Of a DNA stretch of 35,107 bases, positions 33,658 to 35,107 are shown in pieces. The position numbers and the translations under genes were made by a program. Below the pieces are notes generated by a model that did not search any database, had not been told where the DNA came from, and saw nothing but the letters and a program-made list of their open reading frames with translations. The stretch is taken from positions 1 through 35,107 of the forward strand of contig JAHFAP010000009.1 in assembly GCA_023250495.1 (NCBI GenBank), in the 5' to 3' direction. The DNA comes from Deltaproteobacteria bacterium. Lineage in GTDB: Bacteria; Desulfobacterota; Binatia; UBA9968. Position 1 is the stretch's first letter. Each line of letters opens with the position of its first letter.

Positions 33658-34556
33658 ATGGTCACCTCGGCTTGATCCATTCCATGCTGCCGGCCACCGT
33701 CGATCTCCGGGTATCGGTCCCGGAGAGTCATCCCTCCGCGCGCAATCTGGGAACCGAGCGGGGCGGATCAGGAACCATCGTCGATCCGGAGGGATACATC
33801 CTCACCGTCCACTACGTCACGTCAGGGGCAGCTTCGATCACGGTAACTTTGGCCGACGGCGAGCAGTACCCCGGCGAGTTGGCGGCGCAGGACCAGGAAA
33901 CCGGTCTCTCCTTGGTGAAGATTCCGGGCAGAGATCTTCCGTTCCTCCGCCCTTCGCCTGCTGAGGAGCTGGCGCTTGGCCAGCCGGCGCTGATCGTCGC
34001 CAGCAGCGGAGAGACGGGAAGAAGAGTCAACGGCGGCTATGTGACTTCGACAGAAAGCTACGACGGCCACTGGGAGTACATGTTGGATAAAACCATTCGC
34101 CTTAGCGCTTTCAATCCCGGCTTCGGAGGCGGAACCCTGGCGGACTTCAAAGGGCGGATCATGGGCGTCGTCTCGCTCAACTTGAACGACATCGGGAAAT
34201 TTTCGCTGGCGATACCCATTGAATGTTACCTGCGGCACGAGCGGGAGTTGAAGCAGCACGGACGGGTGCGCAGCCGCGCGCCGCGGCCTTGGCTAGGCTT
34301 CTATCCTCAGAGCCTCGGAGGACACATCGTGATTGCGGGCGTCGTGCCGGGAGGGCCGGCGGAACGGAGCGGACTCAGGGAGGGGGACATCATCATCAGA
34401 GTAGAGAGACAAGAGGTCCGCTCTCGTCCCGAACTCTACCGCCAAATGTGGAAAAAAAGGGCTGGCGAGCGAATCTCTTTTCGCATCCTCAGAGATGAGG
34501 AAGCTCTCGATCTCGATGTGATCAGCGGCGACCGGCTAGAGTTTTCCCGGCATTAA
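33654..34556 (+). CDS. DegP/HtrA-like trypsin-fold + PDZ protein, predicted catalytically inactive
   Basis: The His box GSGTIVDPEGYILTVHYV is present. The Asp box reads ETGLSLVKI (consensus tDlAllki) and the Ser box reads NPGFGGGTL (consensus NpGNSGGpL). A C-terminal PDZ domain is present (GVVPGGPAERSGLREGDIII). The GTG start overlaps the radical SAM stop. Confidence 0.7.
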   Translation: MNGHLGLIHSMLPATVDLRVSVPESHPSARNLGTERGGSGTIVDPEGYILTVHYVTSGAASITVTLADGEQYPGELAAQDQETGLSLVKIPGRDLPFLRPSPAEELALGQPALIVASSGETGRRVNGGYVTSTESYDGHWEYMLDKTIRLSAFNPGFGGGTLADFKGRIMGVVSLNLNDIGKFSLAIPIECYLRHERELKQHGRVRSRAPRPWLGFYPQSLGGHIVIAGVVPGGPAERSGLREGDIIIRVERQEVRSRPELYRQMWKKRAGERISFRILRDEEALDLDVISGDRLEFSRH

Positions 34557-34909
34557 TCTTCCCCCCCGACCTTTTGCAGTTCCCCTTTGCCAATGACTTT
34601 AACTGAAAGGGCCGGGGTGTAGGCGTCGGGTTCGTACTTTATAACAATCTTGTCTGTCTCTTGCAGCTCTTTCAGCTTGATCTTTGTTCCATCCCTATCG
34701 ATATCCGTTTTTTCGTCGATGCCAACGACCTCTTCACGGACCTTTCCCTTGCGCTCAACTTGAAAGGTGATCGTGCGCTGTCCGACAGCGCTGATAACCG
34801 CCTCCACGTCTTTCGCTTTGGTCGATTTTTTCTCCTCTTGGGCCGAGCCGCTGCCGAGGAATCCGTACAGCAGGAACGAAAGAACCAAGAGCCATCTAGG
34901 GGTTTTCAT
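34553..34909 (-). CDS. Small secreted protein of unknown function
   Basis: 118 aa with the signal peptide MKTPRWLLVLSFLLYGFLGSGSA-QE. It is Lys/Glu-rich, and no family was recognised. Confidence 0.55.
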   Translation of the reverse strand: MKTPRWLLVLSFLLYGFLGSGSAQEEKKSTKAKDVEAVISAVGQRTITFQVERKGKVREEVVGIDEKTDIDRDGTKIKLKELQETDKIVIKYEPDAYTPALSVKVIGKGELQKVGGED

Positions 34910-34986
34910 TGCGCCCTCCTTCGCCGAAAAGTATCCAAAGATTGAAATCGTGTCAAGCGACGTGACCTTCGGTCACAGGCGCCGGC

Positions 34987-35107
34987 TCAGGCCGAATAGC
35001 GGGTCGGCATCGTGATGCGGAAGGTCGTTCCCTTCCCCACCTCGCTTGCCACTTCCACCTTGCCATGAAGCAGGTTGAGCAGCTTCTTCGCTATGGCCAG
35101 GCCCAGG
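34987..35107 (-). CDS. 3' end of a sensor histidine kinase (HATPase_c), partial
   Basis: The minus strand reads LGLAIAKKLLNLLHGKVEVASEVGKGTTFRITMPTRYSA*, which contains the G2 box and the GKGTTF tail of HATPase_c. The stop is at 34987-34989. Confidence 0.8.
   Translation of the reverse strand, partial: LGLAIAKKLLNLLHGKVEVASEVGKGTTFRITMPTRYSA

Overview
35.1-kb bacterial chromosomal window, roughly 55-58% GC by eye, with Gram-negative-type envelope genes (LptE, TatC, lipoproteins). All calls come from reading the ORF track and sequence; no database search was run. About three quarters is a conserved housekeeping backbone, mostly on the minus strand. In coordinate order it holds tRNA-Leu(UAA), a four-helix-bundle protein, H+-pyrophosphatase, TatC and an Ala/Pro-rich lipoprotein. 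These are followed by class A PBP, rpsT (+), lptE-leuS-nusB, ribH-ribBA-ribE-ribD-nrdR, glyA-rpiB and acpP-fabG-fabD-plsX-rpmF-yceD. Next come two tandem paralogous lipoproteins and a plus-strand GldA/F/G-like ABC-2 transporter with a DUF4340 protein. The right end carries a TIGR01212-type radical SAM gene, a DegP-like protein lacking two of its three catalytic residues, a small secreted protein and a histidine-kinase tail. Between the DUF4340 gene and the radical SAM gene lies a ~6.6-kb accessory island (25,948-32,652). It contains a 1006-aa single-chain type IIG restriction-modification enzyme, a decayed addiction-module locus, vapBC, two MNT-HEPN pairs and an unknown 89-aa gene that also has a truncated second copy. 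The island appears to be built from a repeated scaffold: a ~110-nt conserved upstream element, variable toxin-antitoxin (TA) cargo, and a convergent 89-aa gene. The most unusual signal outside the genes is a set of heptamer-phased inverted tandem arrays that fill operon junctions. Four of them share the exact 12-mer GCTGATCGCTGA. An array of the same architecture but a different 7-nt unit brackets the four-helix-bundle gene next to the tRNA. No CRISPR array, transposase, integrase or rRNA was seen.
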